From Eledone cirrhosa (Eukaryota), in the NCBI GenBank assembly GCA_964016885.1, contig CAXHJY010000861.1, positions 248,001-312,000 of the forward strand: DNA of 64,000 nt. Reading direction: 5' to 3'. The position numbers were made by a program, and so were the translations under genes. The notes below the pieces were generated by a model that worked only from the letters and a program-made list of their open reading frames with translations, had not been told where the DNA came from and made no database searches. This document shows, piece by piece, positions 1-13,371 of the stretch; positions within the stretch are counted from its first letter, which is position 1, and every line of letters starts with the position of its first letter.

Positions 1-1196
1 TCTGTAACACAAACTTCAAAAAACAAGACAATCACTTGATCACCTATAGATCATGGGAACACGCCAGTCAGATAGATTATATCCTTACCAGAAGACGAGA
101 CAGAGTGTCTGTTGTAAACACCAAATCCCTCCCCCATGAAGAATGCACCTCCCAACATAGTCTCATAGTTAGCGACCTCATAGTCAGGACGAGACGTACT
201 CGACAACAGAGAAGGACTATCCTTAGGAGAAAAATATGGAAGTTAAAGGACCCCACAGCCAGTAATAAATTTAAAAGCATATTACTTGATGCTTTTGACA
301 GTAAGGAAGAGCAATTAGAGTCGTACAATATAGAGGAACAGTGGGAATTCCTGAAAGCTAACCTGCTGAAGGCGACAGATGAAATCTGTGGCTGGAGCAG
401 ACCTAGATGGCAGGAGGAGAGTAACTTGGTGGTGGAACAGTAAGGTGGAGGAGTCGATCAAGGCCAAAAAGCAGGCTTGGAAAGTATGGCGGGATGGGGG
501 AAGTACAGAAGACTATCAAGTGGCCAGGAGGGAAGCTAGGAGACAAGTGTACTTCGCAAGAAGGGAAGCAGAGGAAAGAAAGTTCAAGCATGTTCTACAA
601 CGCAAGGACCAAAAACATGAGGTGTTCAGGATTGCTAGGCAATGTGTCAAGGAAAACCGTGATATTGTCGGGGAGAAGTGTGTCCTTAATGATGATGGTA
701 TACTTGCCATCACTGACGCTGATAAGAAGGTAGCTTGGAAGTGTCACTACGAAAGGCTACTAAATGAGGAGAATAATTGGGAGAAAGACAGTCTCCCCCA
801 CATCGATCCAATAGAAGGACCAGCAGTGCAAGTTGAAAGTAGTATAATAAGTAAGGCGATCAAAGACATGAAGACAGGCAAGGCGGCTGGGCCTTCGGAA
901 ATGGTTGCTGAAATGCTGAAAGCATGTGGAACGGTGGGACACACTATGGTCACCTGGATAGTAAACCAAATCATACAGAATGGGGTCGTTCCAAAGGACT
1001 GGCGCAGCAGCATCATCATTAACTGCTACAAGGGTAAAGGAGATGCTCTAGATAGAGGAAACTATAGAGGCATTAAACTAATTGACCAGGTCATGAAGGT
1101 CATAGAAAAAGTAATAGCGCAACCAATCAGAGAGTGAATTGATCTAGATGAAATGCAGTTCGGGTTTGTGTCAGGTAAAAGTACAACAGACGCTCT

Positions 1197-1197
<1 letters not shown>
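1..1197 (+). mobile_element. RTE-clade LINE family A, internal fragment (end of APE endonuclease, linker, start of RT), frameshifted
   Basis: ORFs 36..443 (SQIDYIL..., SQH) and 379..1137 (TWWWN, KAAGPSE, YKGKGD..NYRGIKL) match the intact copy at 49415-52597; breaks off into (TA)n at 1198. Confidence 0.93.
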
Positions 1198-1227
<30 letters not shown>

Positions 1228-1324
1228 GTATATATATGTACATGTACATGTATATATATATATATACATGTATATATATATATATATACATGTATATATA
1301 TATATGTATATATATATGTACATG

Positions 1325-1355
<31 letters not shown>

Positions 1356-1426
1356 GTACATGTATATATATATATGTATATATATATATGTACATGTATA
1401 TATATATATATATATATATGTACATG

Positions 1427-1477
<51 letters not shown>

Positions 1478-1508
1478 ATATATATACATGTATATATATA
1501 TACATGTA

Positions 1509-1542
<34 letters not shown>

Positions 1543-1629
1543 GATATAAATGTACATATACATATATATATATAAATGTACATGTATATATATATACATG
1601 TATATATATATACATGTATATATATATAC

Positions 1630-1704
<75 letters not shown>

Positions 1705-1773
1705 GATATATATATATATAGATATAAATGTACATATACATATATATATATATAAATGTACATGTATATATAT

Positions 1774-1812
<39 letters not shown>
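1198..1812. repeat. Variant (TA)n microsatellite with TACATGTA interruptions
   Basis: Direct reading. Confidence 0.98.
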
Positions 1813-1815
<3 letters not shown>

Positions 1816-2025
1816 TTTACGTATCGAGAAAGAGAGAAAAAGGAGGGATAGGTGATACATATAGTTATTTGCCAAGTAGCGTATGCCAAAGGTGCTCGAT
1901 ACTAGTGCCGGCAGTATTAAATATTCGAAGTGTTAATATTTAGTGGGCTAGAGAGTTAGCAGAGCGTAAGCACGTGGGAAAGTAAAAAATCGGAGAATAG
2001 ACCGTTAAAACATGTTTATTTAAAA

Positions 2026-2070
2026 TATCACCTACGTACGTTTCGCCCAGTTGGGCTTCTCAAGGGCATA
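2026..2070 (-). ncRNA. Minimal type I hammerhead ribozyme (inverted copy of 4148-4192)
   Basis: Reverse complement reads tatgccc-TTGAGAA-gccc aact gggc-GAAA-c gtac g-TA-ggtgata. Confidence 0.65.
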
Positions 2071-2361
2071 AATAATCACAAGTGTTCCTTATATAGTTCG
2101 GAAAGAGTTTTGGGGGTTAAATCTACATCAAGATTCATTGCTCGCAAAAATATCTTGTTTTGATTTTGCAGCAGGTCAAGGGAGGTAACTCTGGCCGGTG
2201 TTAGGGCAGTCTTTCCTGGATAATTTTTTTTTTTTTTTTTTTTTTTTTTGCCGCATCCGTTTGTCTGAGGCTGGGTCTGGTATGCAAGGATTGTTTTCTG
2301 GGTGTTATTTTGCTGCGCCTGCCCGCCGGGGTGTTAAGACTTGTTGCAGGGAGATCCTGCA

Positions 2362-3850
2362 AGAGTGCCTCTCTTATATTAATTATGCCTCCAACCACCC
2401 TAAGCAGACTCTCAACTCCATAGTCTATAGTATCTCACATAGAATCTCGAGGCTATCTGCCAATGAGGATATCTTCAACCAAGCGGCTGATTACTACAAT
2501 AGGGCCCTGATAAGCGCCGGCTTTAACCGAGGAATTTCCTACATCCCTAACACTAGCTCTAGAAACCACCCCCCTCATAAAACTAACGTTATAGTAAGCC
2601 ATACCTATAACCGATCACGCGGCGACCTCGTTAAAGTCGGATATAATAGAATAGATAACCGCACCAAAGATCACGTCCCCGGCGACGGTGAATACTGTAG
2701 ATTACTCAAACTATTCCCCTATTACAAAACCAACAAAGGCGACGGCCTACTACCAACGCCTTCCAACCAACATCTTCGTGTACATAAACATGGAAGAGGT
2801 AGAAGGAGTGCACCCGAGCATAAAGTGAAAGGGGCACCGAACGGGCGACAGCGCATTAACACACATAAGAGCGATCACTTAGATGGAACCACCCGTAGCA
2901 AAAGTACAAGGACACGTAATCGCCACCGTAACGTCCTATGGTTCCACCCCCCCTACTCTCGAAGTGTGGCCTCCAACATACCCCGGATATTCTTCAAAGC
3001 CTTAGAGAAGAACTTCCCACCCAACCATAGGTATAGAAAAATTCTTAATAGGAACAATATAAAAATATCCTTCTCTACTACTCCTAACCTAGCAGACATC
3101 ATAGGAACAACGAACCACAGTAAGATCACCAAGACACAGCACCTCGACACAGACGCATCTACACCTGACAATAACTATATCGGCCTTAACAACTCCCTGA
3201 CAGCATCCAATAGTGTTGGCAGCGGCATCCGCAGACGCAACCAGAATGACCGCGAAGTGACTGGGGAACATGCAGAACATGAAGTGCGGAATAACAATCG
3301 CACCATCCCGCGTGCTGTGGGTTGTAATTGTGCTAACGACAGCTGCGGTAGCGTAGGTAACAACGTAGGCAGCAACAATGATAGCCTTACCGTGGGAAAT
3401 AGACAGAACCGCGACAGAAATTGCAACTGCCGCGACAGAGGACGCTGCCCCCTTAGAGGATACTGCTTGACTGATAGGGTTATATATAGATGCACTATTA
3501 CTAGCCACAATAGCGTTAAACATTATATAGGGGCCACCTCCGGCCCGTTCAAAATTAGGTTTCGAACACATCTCCACTCTTTCACAAATAGAAAACTAAG
3601 GCACTCCACTTCGCTCGCGGACTACATCACATCACTAAAGGACTTAAACATCAGCTTCTCCACGCACTGGGAGATTGTCGGCAGGGCTGCACCGTACAAC
3701 TTCAAGAGGAAATGCGATCTTTGCCTCATGGAGCTCTACCACATCATAACTGCACCCCACGAGCTCTTCAACAGCAGAGCTGAAACAGCGATAAGTTGTA
3801 CACATCGCTTAAAAATATCCTTCTTTAGATGGGTTAAGAATGAAGAGTGA
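2362..3850 (+). pseudogene. PLE1 C-terminal ORF part: RT thumb, long linker, GIY-YIG endonuclease
   Basis: Part of ORF 2198..3850; its first ~55 codons are read through the inverted arm and are not PLE protein. Confidence 0.85.
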
Positions 3851-4147
3851 AATAGTACACTGGATCTCCCTGCAACAAGTCTTAACACCCTGGCGGGCAG
3901 GCGCAGCAAAATAACACCCAGGAAACAATCCTTGCATACCAGACCCAGCCTCAGACTAACGGATGCGGCAAAAAAAAAAAAAAAAAAAAAAAAATTATCC
4001 AGGAAAGACTGCCCTAACACCGGCCAGAGTTACCTCCCTTGACCTGCTGCAAAATCAAAACAAGATATTTTTGCGAGCAATGAATCTTGATGTAGATTTA
4101 ACCCCCAAAACTCTTTCCGAACTATATAAGGAACACTTGTGATTATT

Positions 4148-4192
4148 TATGCCCTTGAGAAGCCCAACTGGGCGAAACGTACGTAGGTGATA
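4148..4192 (+). ncRNA. Minimal type I hammerhead ribozyme, U3-A8 core variant, in PLE1 3' end
   Basis: TTGAGAA, stem II GCCC-AACT-GGGC, GAAA, palindromic stem III ACGTACGT, GUA triplet; stem I imperfect; AATAAA just downstream. Confidence 0.65.
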
Positions 4193-4277
4193 TTTTAAAT
4201 AAACATGTTTTAACGGTCTATTCTCCGATTTTTTACTTTCCCACGTATATATATATATATATATATAAATGTACATT

Positions 4278-4311
<34 letters not shown>

Positions 4312-4412
4312 AATGTACATTTATATATATACATGTATATATATAAATGTACATGTATATATATATATATACATGTATATATATATATATATATACATGT
4401 ATATATATATAT

Positions 4413-6788
4413 AAAGAATGAATAATAACAGGTAGACATCATAAAAAGGTAATCTATTCCGTGTGCTTACAAATGTTTCCACGGTGGTACTGCAGCCTAG
4501 TTATGCTACGTGCAAATTCACAAGTACTTGCAGAACTCGAATATCCACTGCTGTGACCACTGTTTCCTCAGAGCAGAATGGTAAATGTACAATGTAAATA
4601 CCCTTAAGTGGGGTTGTTGGGGAAGATAGAGTAGAAAAGGAAGAGAGAAAAGTAGGGAAGAGGGAGAGAGAAAGAAAGATATGCAGGGGTTGGAGAAGTA
4701 GGAGAGAGTGGCTTGTAGATATCTTAATCAAAATGTTATGGTAGGGGTTTTATTATACTGGTTACTTTTGGAGAGATGCGTTGATAGTTAAGGTCGGAAT
4801 TATTTATTGCCCCAGAGGGCAGGTTCATAGATGTTGAGAGGGAGGTAGGTCAAAGGTGAGAGAGAGAGAGAGTGTAATGGATGTAGAGAGAGATAGGTAG
4901 AGAGGGGACAGACAAAGTATGTGTGGTGAGTGAACTTTGGGTTTGTAGTAGTAATCTAGGAATTGCACTGAGTTACCATGTATAGTGATAAGCAGTGTAT
5001 TGTCTTGTAGTGTGGGGGGAAGAGAAGGTTGTTAGCTAGAAAGTGGTGTTATAGTTACGGGTTCGAATGTTAAGTTATTTTATAGTGAGAGAATTTAGCT
5101 TTTAGTTTGTGGTTGCAGTATAATGATCGTTCAATTCTATCGTTAAGTAGTTTGTTTTGGGATTTTAATATGTAAAAGAGCTCAAGGTTACATAACCTGC
5201 AGTACTTCAATCCACTCCGATATGCACTTGCGCTGGAAAGTATATCCCATTTTAAGGTGAACTGTTGGTTGTGTTCACGGAGTTGCCAGGTCTTGTTGGC
5301 GAGCGTGGTTACAAAACGGTGATTCGGATGTTTGATTGAGAATCGATGACGGTACCAGTGAGATTTAAACGATGTGGTGGTAGATCCGATATAATACCAT
5401 TTCTGGTCGTTCGATTCAACCGTGCATTGGTAAACAATGTTGGACTTTAGGCATTCATTCTTCAATGGACATCTTTCAGGTAGATGGCAGTTACATTCTT
5501 TGTTGTGGGTAGCGGGTACACCATGGATAGGTTGTAATAGCGGTACAGGTGGGCTGTGTAATACCCGTCTCCCATTTAGTGGTTGGGAGGCAGATATTGC
5601 GTTCTGCCCATCTGTTACTAAAATGTTTTGTTTTGTAGAGTTGTTTAATTGCCTTAAGTTAAGTTTTTTTATGTATGCTTCAAGGTTTGGTGCTGTGGAG
5701 TATGAAAGTCTAATAGTTTTAGAGTTCAGAATTTTGCTGTATTTATGGGAACTAGGGAAGTGTTTGTTGATTAACTTAAAGAATGAAAGAGATAGTTTTG
5801 TACTAATCGAGGCATTAAAAATAGGATTGTACCAGATATACTTTCTACAACGTGATTTATTTGGTGGTGATCTTCTATTATTAGTATGTCTGGTAGTACT
5901 GTGTGTGTGTGCTTGTGTTTTAGTCCCCCGGTTACGTATTCCTTGATTTCGTGTAGAGCTATGTGTGTTATGGAAATTCCTATCGATGTATTCTATTGTA
6001 TCCCGGTGGTCAGCATTCCTTAATGCATTATTGTAGTATTCAGCGTGTTCACTAAAAATATCAGAGTTAGACGATAGGCGAGAGATTCTAAGAGAAATAC
6101 TCCGGGGAACTGATTTGATCATGGAGAGTAGGTGGTTAGAGTTAAAGTTAATATACGTAAGGTTCTCATTTACCTTGTGGAAGGGTAGTATCTGTCCGGT
6201 ATTTAAATTAAGAGTTACGTCCAGAAAGTTTACTACTTTATGATTGTATTCGTATGTTATTTTTAGACCCAGTTCACTAAAAGATTTTCTAATATTTTTC
6301 CGTAGCCTTTCAAGATTTTGGTTATTCAAGTTATTAACTAATAAGAGCCCGTCATCTCTATATATCCCCCCCTGTAGATTACTAAATCTACTATGTAATA
6401 TGTGGGCCATGTAAATTCCCACGAGATCCGTGACCTCCGCCGAGTCGTTGGAACCCATGGTAATATCGAAGTTTGTGGGTCTGTCCTTACGTTCCCAGTA
6501 GCAGTGATCGAACTTAATAATGGTTTTTCTGGCCTCGCGAATAATATTAATTTCGTCCTCCGTTAGGTCGGAATTGGCCTTAGCAAACGATAGGGCCTTA
6601 CGTAAAGTGCTTGGTGAGATGGAAGAGTAGTATTCGTCTATGTCAAATTGTATAAACTTAGATTTATTCTTATTCTTAACATTATTAAACCAGCGAATTG
6701 CTTCGCTAATGTTGCCCCATAATTTAATTTCAATTTTCTTTTTCACTTGAGTTATTACTCTGTCAAGTATATGTTTGCTAATTTTCCC
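4413..6788 (-). mobile_element. Penelope-like element 2, 5'-truncated in (TA)n, open RT + GIY-YIG frame (5070-6788) and ~650 bp 3' region
   Basis: [59 protein letters not shown]. Confidence 0.93.
4464..4575 (-). ncRNA. Type I hammerhead ribozyme with long stem II in PLE2 3' end
   Basis: Minus strand: tgct-CTGAGGA-aacagtggt...accaccgtg-GAAA-c attt g-TA-agca; stem I TGCT/AGCA. Confidence 0.65.
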
Positions 6789-6819
6789 TATATATATATA
6801 TACATGTATATATATATAT

Positions 6820-6906
<87 letters not shown>

Positions 6907-6923
6907 TACATGTATATATATAT

Positions 6924-6974
<51 letters not shown>

Positions 6975-7006
6975 ATATATATATATATATACATGTATAT
7001 ATATAT

Positions 7007-7051
<45 letters not shown>

Positions 7052-7138
7052 ATATATATATATATATACATGTATATATACATGTAATATATATATATAT
7101 ATACATGTATATATATATATATACATGTATATATATAT

Positions 7139-7181
<43 letters not shown>

Positions 7182-7246
7182 ATATATATATATATATACA
7201 TGTATATATATATATATATATACATACATGTATATATATATATATA
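6789..7246. repeat. Variant (TA)n microsatellite
   Basis: Direct reading. Confidence 0.98.
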
Positions 7247-7422
7247 GTATTTACGTGTCGAGAAAGAGAGAAAAAAAAAAGGAGGGATAGGTGATACATA
7301 TAGTTATTTGCCAAGTAGCGTATGCCAAAGGTGCTCGATACTAGTGCCGGCAGTATTAAATATTCGAAGTGTTAATATTTAGTGGGCTAGAGAGTTAGCA
7401 GAGCGTAAGCACGTGGGAAAGT
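7247..7422 (-). mobile_element. Second copy of the PLE1 extreme 3' terminus (direct repeat of 1813-1983)
   Basis: Near-identical GTATTTACG...GCACGTGGGAAAGT. Confidence 0.9.
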
Positions 7423-7641
7423 GAAGCTGGGTGCTTTTTGCCGTGGCCCCTCCACGACCACTTTGCAGTGGAATGATAGGGACCCCAGTCCCTATCATCT
7501 CATTTCTACAGCTGAGTAAACTGGAGCAATGTGAAATAAAGTGTCTTGCTCAAGGAAACAACACATCACCCAGTCTGAGAACTGAACTCACAACTTTTCG
7601 ATTGCAAGGCCAATGCTCTAACCACTAAGCCATGTGCCTCC
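7423..7641 (-). mobile_element. tRNA-derived SINE, 5' part (same family as 59818-60158)
   Basis: Reverse complement GGAGGCACATGGCTTAGTGG...GAGTTCAGTTC...TCCTTGAGCAAGACAC. Confidence 0.88.
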
Positions 7642-7700
7642 ATATATATATATATCTCCAGCGGTCTCTGTCCCTCATTATCGCTGCCATATATATATAT

Positions 7701-9590
7701 GGGTGGGACACACTATGGTCACCCGGATAGTAAGCCAAGTCATACAGAATGGGGTCGTTCCGAAGGACTGGCGCAGTAGCATCATCATTAACTGCTACAA
7801 GGGTAAAGGTGATACCCTAGATAGGGGAAACTATAGAGGCATTAAATTAATCAGAGATCTAGACGAAATACAGTTCGGGTTTGTGTCAGGAAAAAGTACA
7901 ACAGATGCTCTTTTCATTGTACGACAACTACAGGAGAAGTACCTAGCTAAAAGTAAACCACTATACTTAGCTTTTGTTGACTTGGAGAAAGCTTTTGACA
8001 GACTACCCCGCTCGATTATCTGGTGGGCCCTTAGAAAACTAGGTGTTGATGAATGGCTTGTGAGAGCTATACAAGCCATGTATAAAGAAACAGTCAGCAA
8101 GGTTAGAATTAACAACGAATATAGTAAAGAGTTTAGCGTAAAAGTTGGTGTTCATCAGGGCTCCGTCCTTAGCCCCCTACTATTTATTATTGCCCTTCAG
8201 GCTATATCAGAGGAGTTCAAGACCGGCTGCCCATGGGAACTCCTATATGCAGATGATCTAACGCTCATAGCTGAATCAATGGCTGAACTAGAGAAGAAAT
8301 TCCAAACATGGAAGCATGGCCTAGAATCAAAAGGCCTTAAAGTTAACTTGTCTAAGACTAAAGTTCTAGTTTGTAGGAAGGAAAATAGGGCACCGGTCCC
8401 ATCTGGGAAATGGCCATGCTCAGTGTGTAGGAAAGGAGTAGGTAGAAACTCCATTTTATGTCCCAAATGCAAAGTATGGGTACATAAAAGATGTGGTGGG
8501 ATCACAGGTAAGCTAACTAAGAATATAGATATTAAATGTGGCCGGTGCTCTGGTGCAATAAGTAGCAAGTGCCCACAGAATAATAACTCATTCCATTGCA
8601 CAGATGGTTCTATAGAAATAGTGGACAGCTTCCATTACCTGGGTGATAAAATCAGCAGTGGGGGAGGGTGCTATGAAAGTACAGTAGCTAGAGTCAGAAG
8701 GGGATGGAAAAAGTTCAGAGAGCTTATACCACTATTGGCCGCAAAAGGGTTCTCTCTAAAAATGAAAGGCAGGCTGTATGATGCCTGCATACGAACACCA
8801 ATGTTATATGGCAGTGAGACCTGGGCATTGTGTGCAGAGGATATACGCAGACTGGAGAGAAACGAAGCTTGCATGCTCCGCTGGATGTGTAATAGTAATA
8901 TACGTGAACAGCAAAGCATAAACGAACTAAGGGAGAAATTAGAAATAAGAGGGATCAGATGATGTTTACTCGAGAGAAGGCTACGTTGGTATGGACACGT
9001 GATGCGCATGAAAGACGACAGCTGTATAAAAAAGTGCAGGGTAATAAAAATAGACGGTAGACACGGAGTAGGCAGACCCAGAAAAACGTGGGACGACTTG
9101 ATAAATTCCGACCTCACACACTTACACCTCTCCAAGACAATGTCACTGGACCGAGAGCTTTGGCGCTACACAGTAATAGAGAAGACCCGCCTTACCTAAG
9201 TACAAAGTGAAATCTACTACAGTCAGTAAGCACCTCTAACAAAATACACCCCCGTCCCACTACCCACACCCCATCCACACCACCCCTTTCAATGTAAAGT
9301 TATGTTGGTACCACAACATCCAGCCCGAAACAAATGAGGTCGTGTAGGTGTCACGACAAAAAAACACACAGTCCACGCTGTAATGTGGCCGTGTAGGTAA
9401 CACGGTAAAAACCTCCCAGTTCCACACTGTAAATGTGGTTGGTGTTAGGAAGGGCATCCAGCCGTAGAAAACCAGCCAGACAGTCCTATGCGAGCAAGAC
9501 AACCACTCTTGCCTCAAGTGGGAAAACTCCCGTCCAAACCCATGCAAGCGTGGAATATGGACGTTAAACGATGATGATGATGATGATGAT
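7701..9590 (+). mobile_element. RTE family A, 5'-truncated, with internal deletion and premature stop; 3' UTR and (GAT)n tail
   Basis: ORF 7634..8962 (FVDLEKAFD, GVHQGSVLSP, YADD, PHD-like Cys motif) and 8999..9199; tail 9569-9590. Confidence 0.94.
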
Positions 9591-9632
9591 ATATATATGT
9601 ACATGTGTCTATATATATATATATATATATAT

Positions 9633-9782
9633 CTGTCTAAGGCGGGTAAAATTCCCGAGATCCATGGACGAGTTCTCTCCAGTGGTCTCTGTCCCTCATT
9701 ATCGCTGCCATGTCCTGCATCTCCAACAGACCAGTGTCTGTCCTTAGGGCATCAACATACATTAACCTTGGTCTTCCTTGGT
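9633..9782 (-). mobile_element. 3' tip of a fourth RTE-like family (D)
   Basis: Minus strand translates GRPRLMYVDALRTDTGL...MRDRDHWRELV, an RTE C-terminal motif. Confidence 0.7.
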
Positions 9783-10174
9783 AATGCTGACAAATTGTTC
9801 ACAGTGAAAAATAGTTTAATTAGCAATAAGTGAGAATTAGTAATAGTATTGGTTAGTATTCAGTTTTGGTTTTAAGTTTTATCGGTTGCGCATTTCTAAT
9901 GCTTTTCAAAAATAATTTTGAGATAGAGCGTCCGTGATGTTTGCTCTAATCTGATTAGTTTTGGAAATTCTACCTGTTTTTATGTTAAAAACGTGGCTCC
10001 AGCGGTATTAAAATAAGTTTTGCGCCAATTCGTGTTGCAAAAATTCTTGTGGTCAAAACAATTTTGATTGGTCGGTAGAGGTCATGTGAATGTAAAAAAT
10101 TGATTTTGCGCCAAATGTAGGTTTGTGTCGGCTGATTGAGAAGTCATTGAAAAATAAGTCTTTCAAAACAAATA

Positions 10175-10215
<41 letters not shown>

Positions 10216-10323
10216 GGTAGATAAGTCGTGGTAGAGGGATGGTCAGTAGGAATGTGTCTGTAAGTGTGTGGGGGATATTTTCACATGTTAAAAGATATTT
10301 TTCAGCTCTTGTCTTATACGGAG

Positions 10324-10361
<38 letters not shown>

Positions 10362-13255
10362 CTCTTTGTATGTTAATGTACGCGTGTGTATGTGTGTGTG
10401 TATATATGTGCGTGTGTGCACATACATGTGTGTGTGTGGGTGGACCAGTAATTATTTTTGTGATACTGGTGAAATGGTGTACATTATTCAATATTTTCAG
10501 TAAAATCTATTCTCTCAATAGAACATCAAAAACCTTAATAATAAAAGGTGTGAAATGATATATAGTATTGGCATAATACCAAGGTGTGTGTGAGTGTCTA
10601 GATTGTACGTACTGCAAGGGGAATCCATTAGGCCTTGCCGTATTGGAATACTTGTGTACAAATATGTATGTGCCCATCATTGTGCAATGCATGCGTGCGT
10701 TTATGTATGTGTGTGTGTCGGCACACACACATACCTATAGACATCATATCTATAGACATCAAAAGGTATGCAAATTTGTGTATATTTGTGTTGCACCATA
10801 GAACATGTGTGTTTACGTATGTCATTGTGTTTATATGTGGGTAGAGATGTATGCTGATGTAGGTATGTATGTTGACGTGTGGGTTCGTCTTAGGGAGAAG
10901 TGTTTAGACGGGGTCCGTATTTGTTAATAAAGTAAGATTTCTTGCTGATGCGCTGGGTGTGGGTGGCATTATCTTTAAATTTGTAGAGGGGAAAGATTCT
11001 GAAGTTGGGATGATTTTGGGCTGCACAGGTATCAATGTGTTCACTCAGTGGTATTTTCCTGTATTCCCGTATTTTAATTTGGGATCTATGGACAGTCATG
11101 AGTTGGCGGAGGCTGTTTTTAGTCTGGCCTATGTATTGTTCTCGACAACCTGAGCAAGTTAATACATATATTAGATTTTCTGATGCGCATGTGAAATTGT
11201 GTTTTACTATAAAACGTTGTCCTTCTTTGAAATAGAATTCCAAACCCTCTATTAGGTTGATGCATATGCCACAGTTGGGTCTATCACATTTTTTTACTGT
11301 GGGTTTCGTTGTTGTAGTTGGCAGTACTTTGGCATGTGTTAGGATGTTTTTCATTGACTTAGATTGTCTTTTGCTCTTTATGATATCGTGTGTTCATATG
11401 ATTTGGTTCATTCTATGGTCCTTTTTCAACACAGGGATGTTCTGGAGGATGGTGTCAAAGGCCTCATTGTTGAGGGGGTTGTGTGTGGAGATGTATGTAA
11501 GAGCTTTTAGTTTCGGTTGATTTACTTTAGGGTGTCTAAGATCCTGGGTACTGAGTTTTGGGGCACGTTGGATTCCATTGTCAATTAGTGATGCAGGGTA
11601 GTCCCTGCCTATGAGTGTGTCCTTTAGTTCTTGTAGCCGTAAGTAGCAGGTGTTTTTATTGGAGACTATAGTACAGATTCTCTTGGCTAAGTTGTAGGGA
11701 ATATTAATTTTAACGTCTAGGGTGGCACGAGTTGAAAGGAAGATATTGCTTGGAGTCTGTGGGCTTGTAGTATATGTCTGTTTCTATTTTTTTGTTATGG
11801 ATCTTAATGAGGATGTCGAGGAAGGGGAGTTGTTGATGGCTGTATTCCATCGTGAAGTTAATATTCGTGTTGAGCCCATTTATAAGGGTGTGAAATTCTT
11901 TAAGTTTTTCGATGTTTTCGTGCCAAAGGATGAAGCAGTCATCTAGATATCGCTTCCAGTTCCTTTCTATATGTAAGTGGAGAGTGTTTCCAAATTTGTT
12001 TAGGACTTTAGTGTAGAGGGTGATTTCCAGGTATCCCATGACTAGGTTGGCATAAGTGGGGGCTGTTTTCGTTCCTATAGCGGTCCCAGATTTCTGCCTG
12101 TAGGGTTTGTTATTGAAAACGAATTGTTCTCCAAGATAAATTTGAGTCCCTCTATCACAAATTCTTTTTTGATGCGTTGTGGGAGTTCATTGTGGTAATT
12201 ATCCAGCCAGAATTGGATAGCTTCTATTCCTAGGTTGTGGGGGATGTTGGAGTATAGGTTGACTACATCAAACGTCACTAGTAGGGTTTGTTCAGAAAGG
12301 GGCATATTAGGGAGGTGATTGAGCATATCTAGGTCGTCCCTTATATAGCTTTTGATGTGTTTGAGAAAAGGCTTGAGAAGGGTATCAATGAAGTTGCTAA
12401 GGCGGTGCGTTTCGCAAGCGGGGCTTGCTATTATAGGTCTTAATTTGAGATCATTGGGTGAGGGGACATTAATGACTATGTCTGTGGCTTCCTTGCATGC
12501 CTTACTTATTAATTCGCTTTTATGTACTTTAGGGATACCGTAGAAAAGGCTGGATTTATTTGTGAAGTCTGTGATGAAGCTGAATTCCTTGTTAGTGAGT
12601 CCTTCTTTGTATTGGTTGATCAGAGTTTTTAGGTTTCTCATAATTTTCTGTTGATTGTAGTGTTCAGCCTTTTCGTAGTATGTTTCGTTTTCCAAAGTGG
12701 AGAGCGCTAAGTTGATATAGAATTCTGTCTCCATTAGGACTACTGTACTCCCTTTATCAGCCTCTTTAATTGTAATGGTTCTTTTACTACTACTACACAC
12801 ACACACATATTTGTTTTGAAAGACTTATTTTTCAATGACTTCTCAATCAGCCGACACAAACCTACATTTGGCGCAAAATCAATTTTTTACATTCACATGA
12901 CCTCTACCGACCAATCAAAATTGTTTTGACCACAAGAATTTTTGCAACACGAATTGGCGCAAAACTTATTTTAATACCGCTGGAGCCACGTTTTTAACAT
13001 AAAAACAGGTAGAATTTCCAAAACTAATCAGATTAGAGCAAACATCACGAATGCTCTATCTCAAAATTATTTTTGAAAAGCATTAGAAATGCGCAACCGG
13101 TAAAACTTAAAACCAAAACTGAATACTAACCAATACTATTACTAATTCTCACTTATTCCTAATTAAACTATTTTTCACTGTGAATAATTTGTCAGCATTT
13201 TCTTTTCCGTTTACCAATATATCATAACTTGTGTGTTACACCTCTATTCTTTTAA
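9783..13255 (-). mobile_element. Penelope-like element 3, frameshifted RT + GIY-YIG (10890-12783), ~1.1 kb 3' region, inverted 3'-end copy (arms 9783-10190 / 12795-13199)
   Basis: FYGIPKVHK, LRPIIA, FDVVNLYSNIP, RYLDD, LPFLD, YYKPT, SCHP, NLIYVLTCSGCREQYIGQT; ~400 bp inverted repeat. Confidence 0.92.
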
Positions 13256-13318
13256 ATATATATATATATGTGTACATGTATATATATATACATGTACATG
13301 TATATATATATATATACA

Positions 13319-13360
<42 letters not shown>

Positions 13361-13371
13361 CATGTATATAT

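Larger units (their letters stand above)
1813..4246 (+). mobile_element. Penelope-like element 1, 5'-truncated, with inverted copy of its 3' end (arms 1972-2357 and 3862-4246)
   Basis: ORF with PLE thumb (YINYASNHP), WFHPPYS linker, CNCR..CPL..C motif and GIY-YIG (VIYRC...HYIGAT, CDLCLME); ~385 bp near-perfect inverted repeat. Confidence 0.9.

Noticed and set aside
13065-13105. Possible HHR in the PLE3 arm (TTGAAAA-gcatta-GAAA-tgcgca-ac)
   Set aside because: No stem II, no U16.1 and no stem I; at best vestigial
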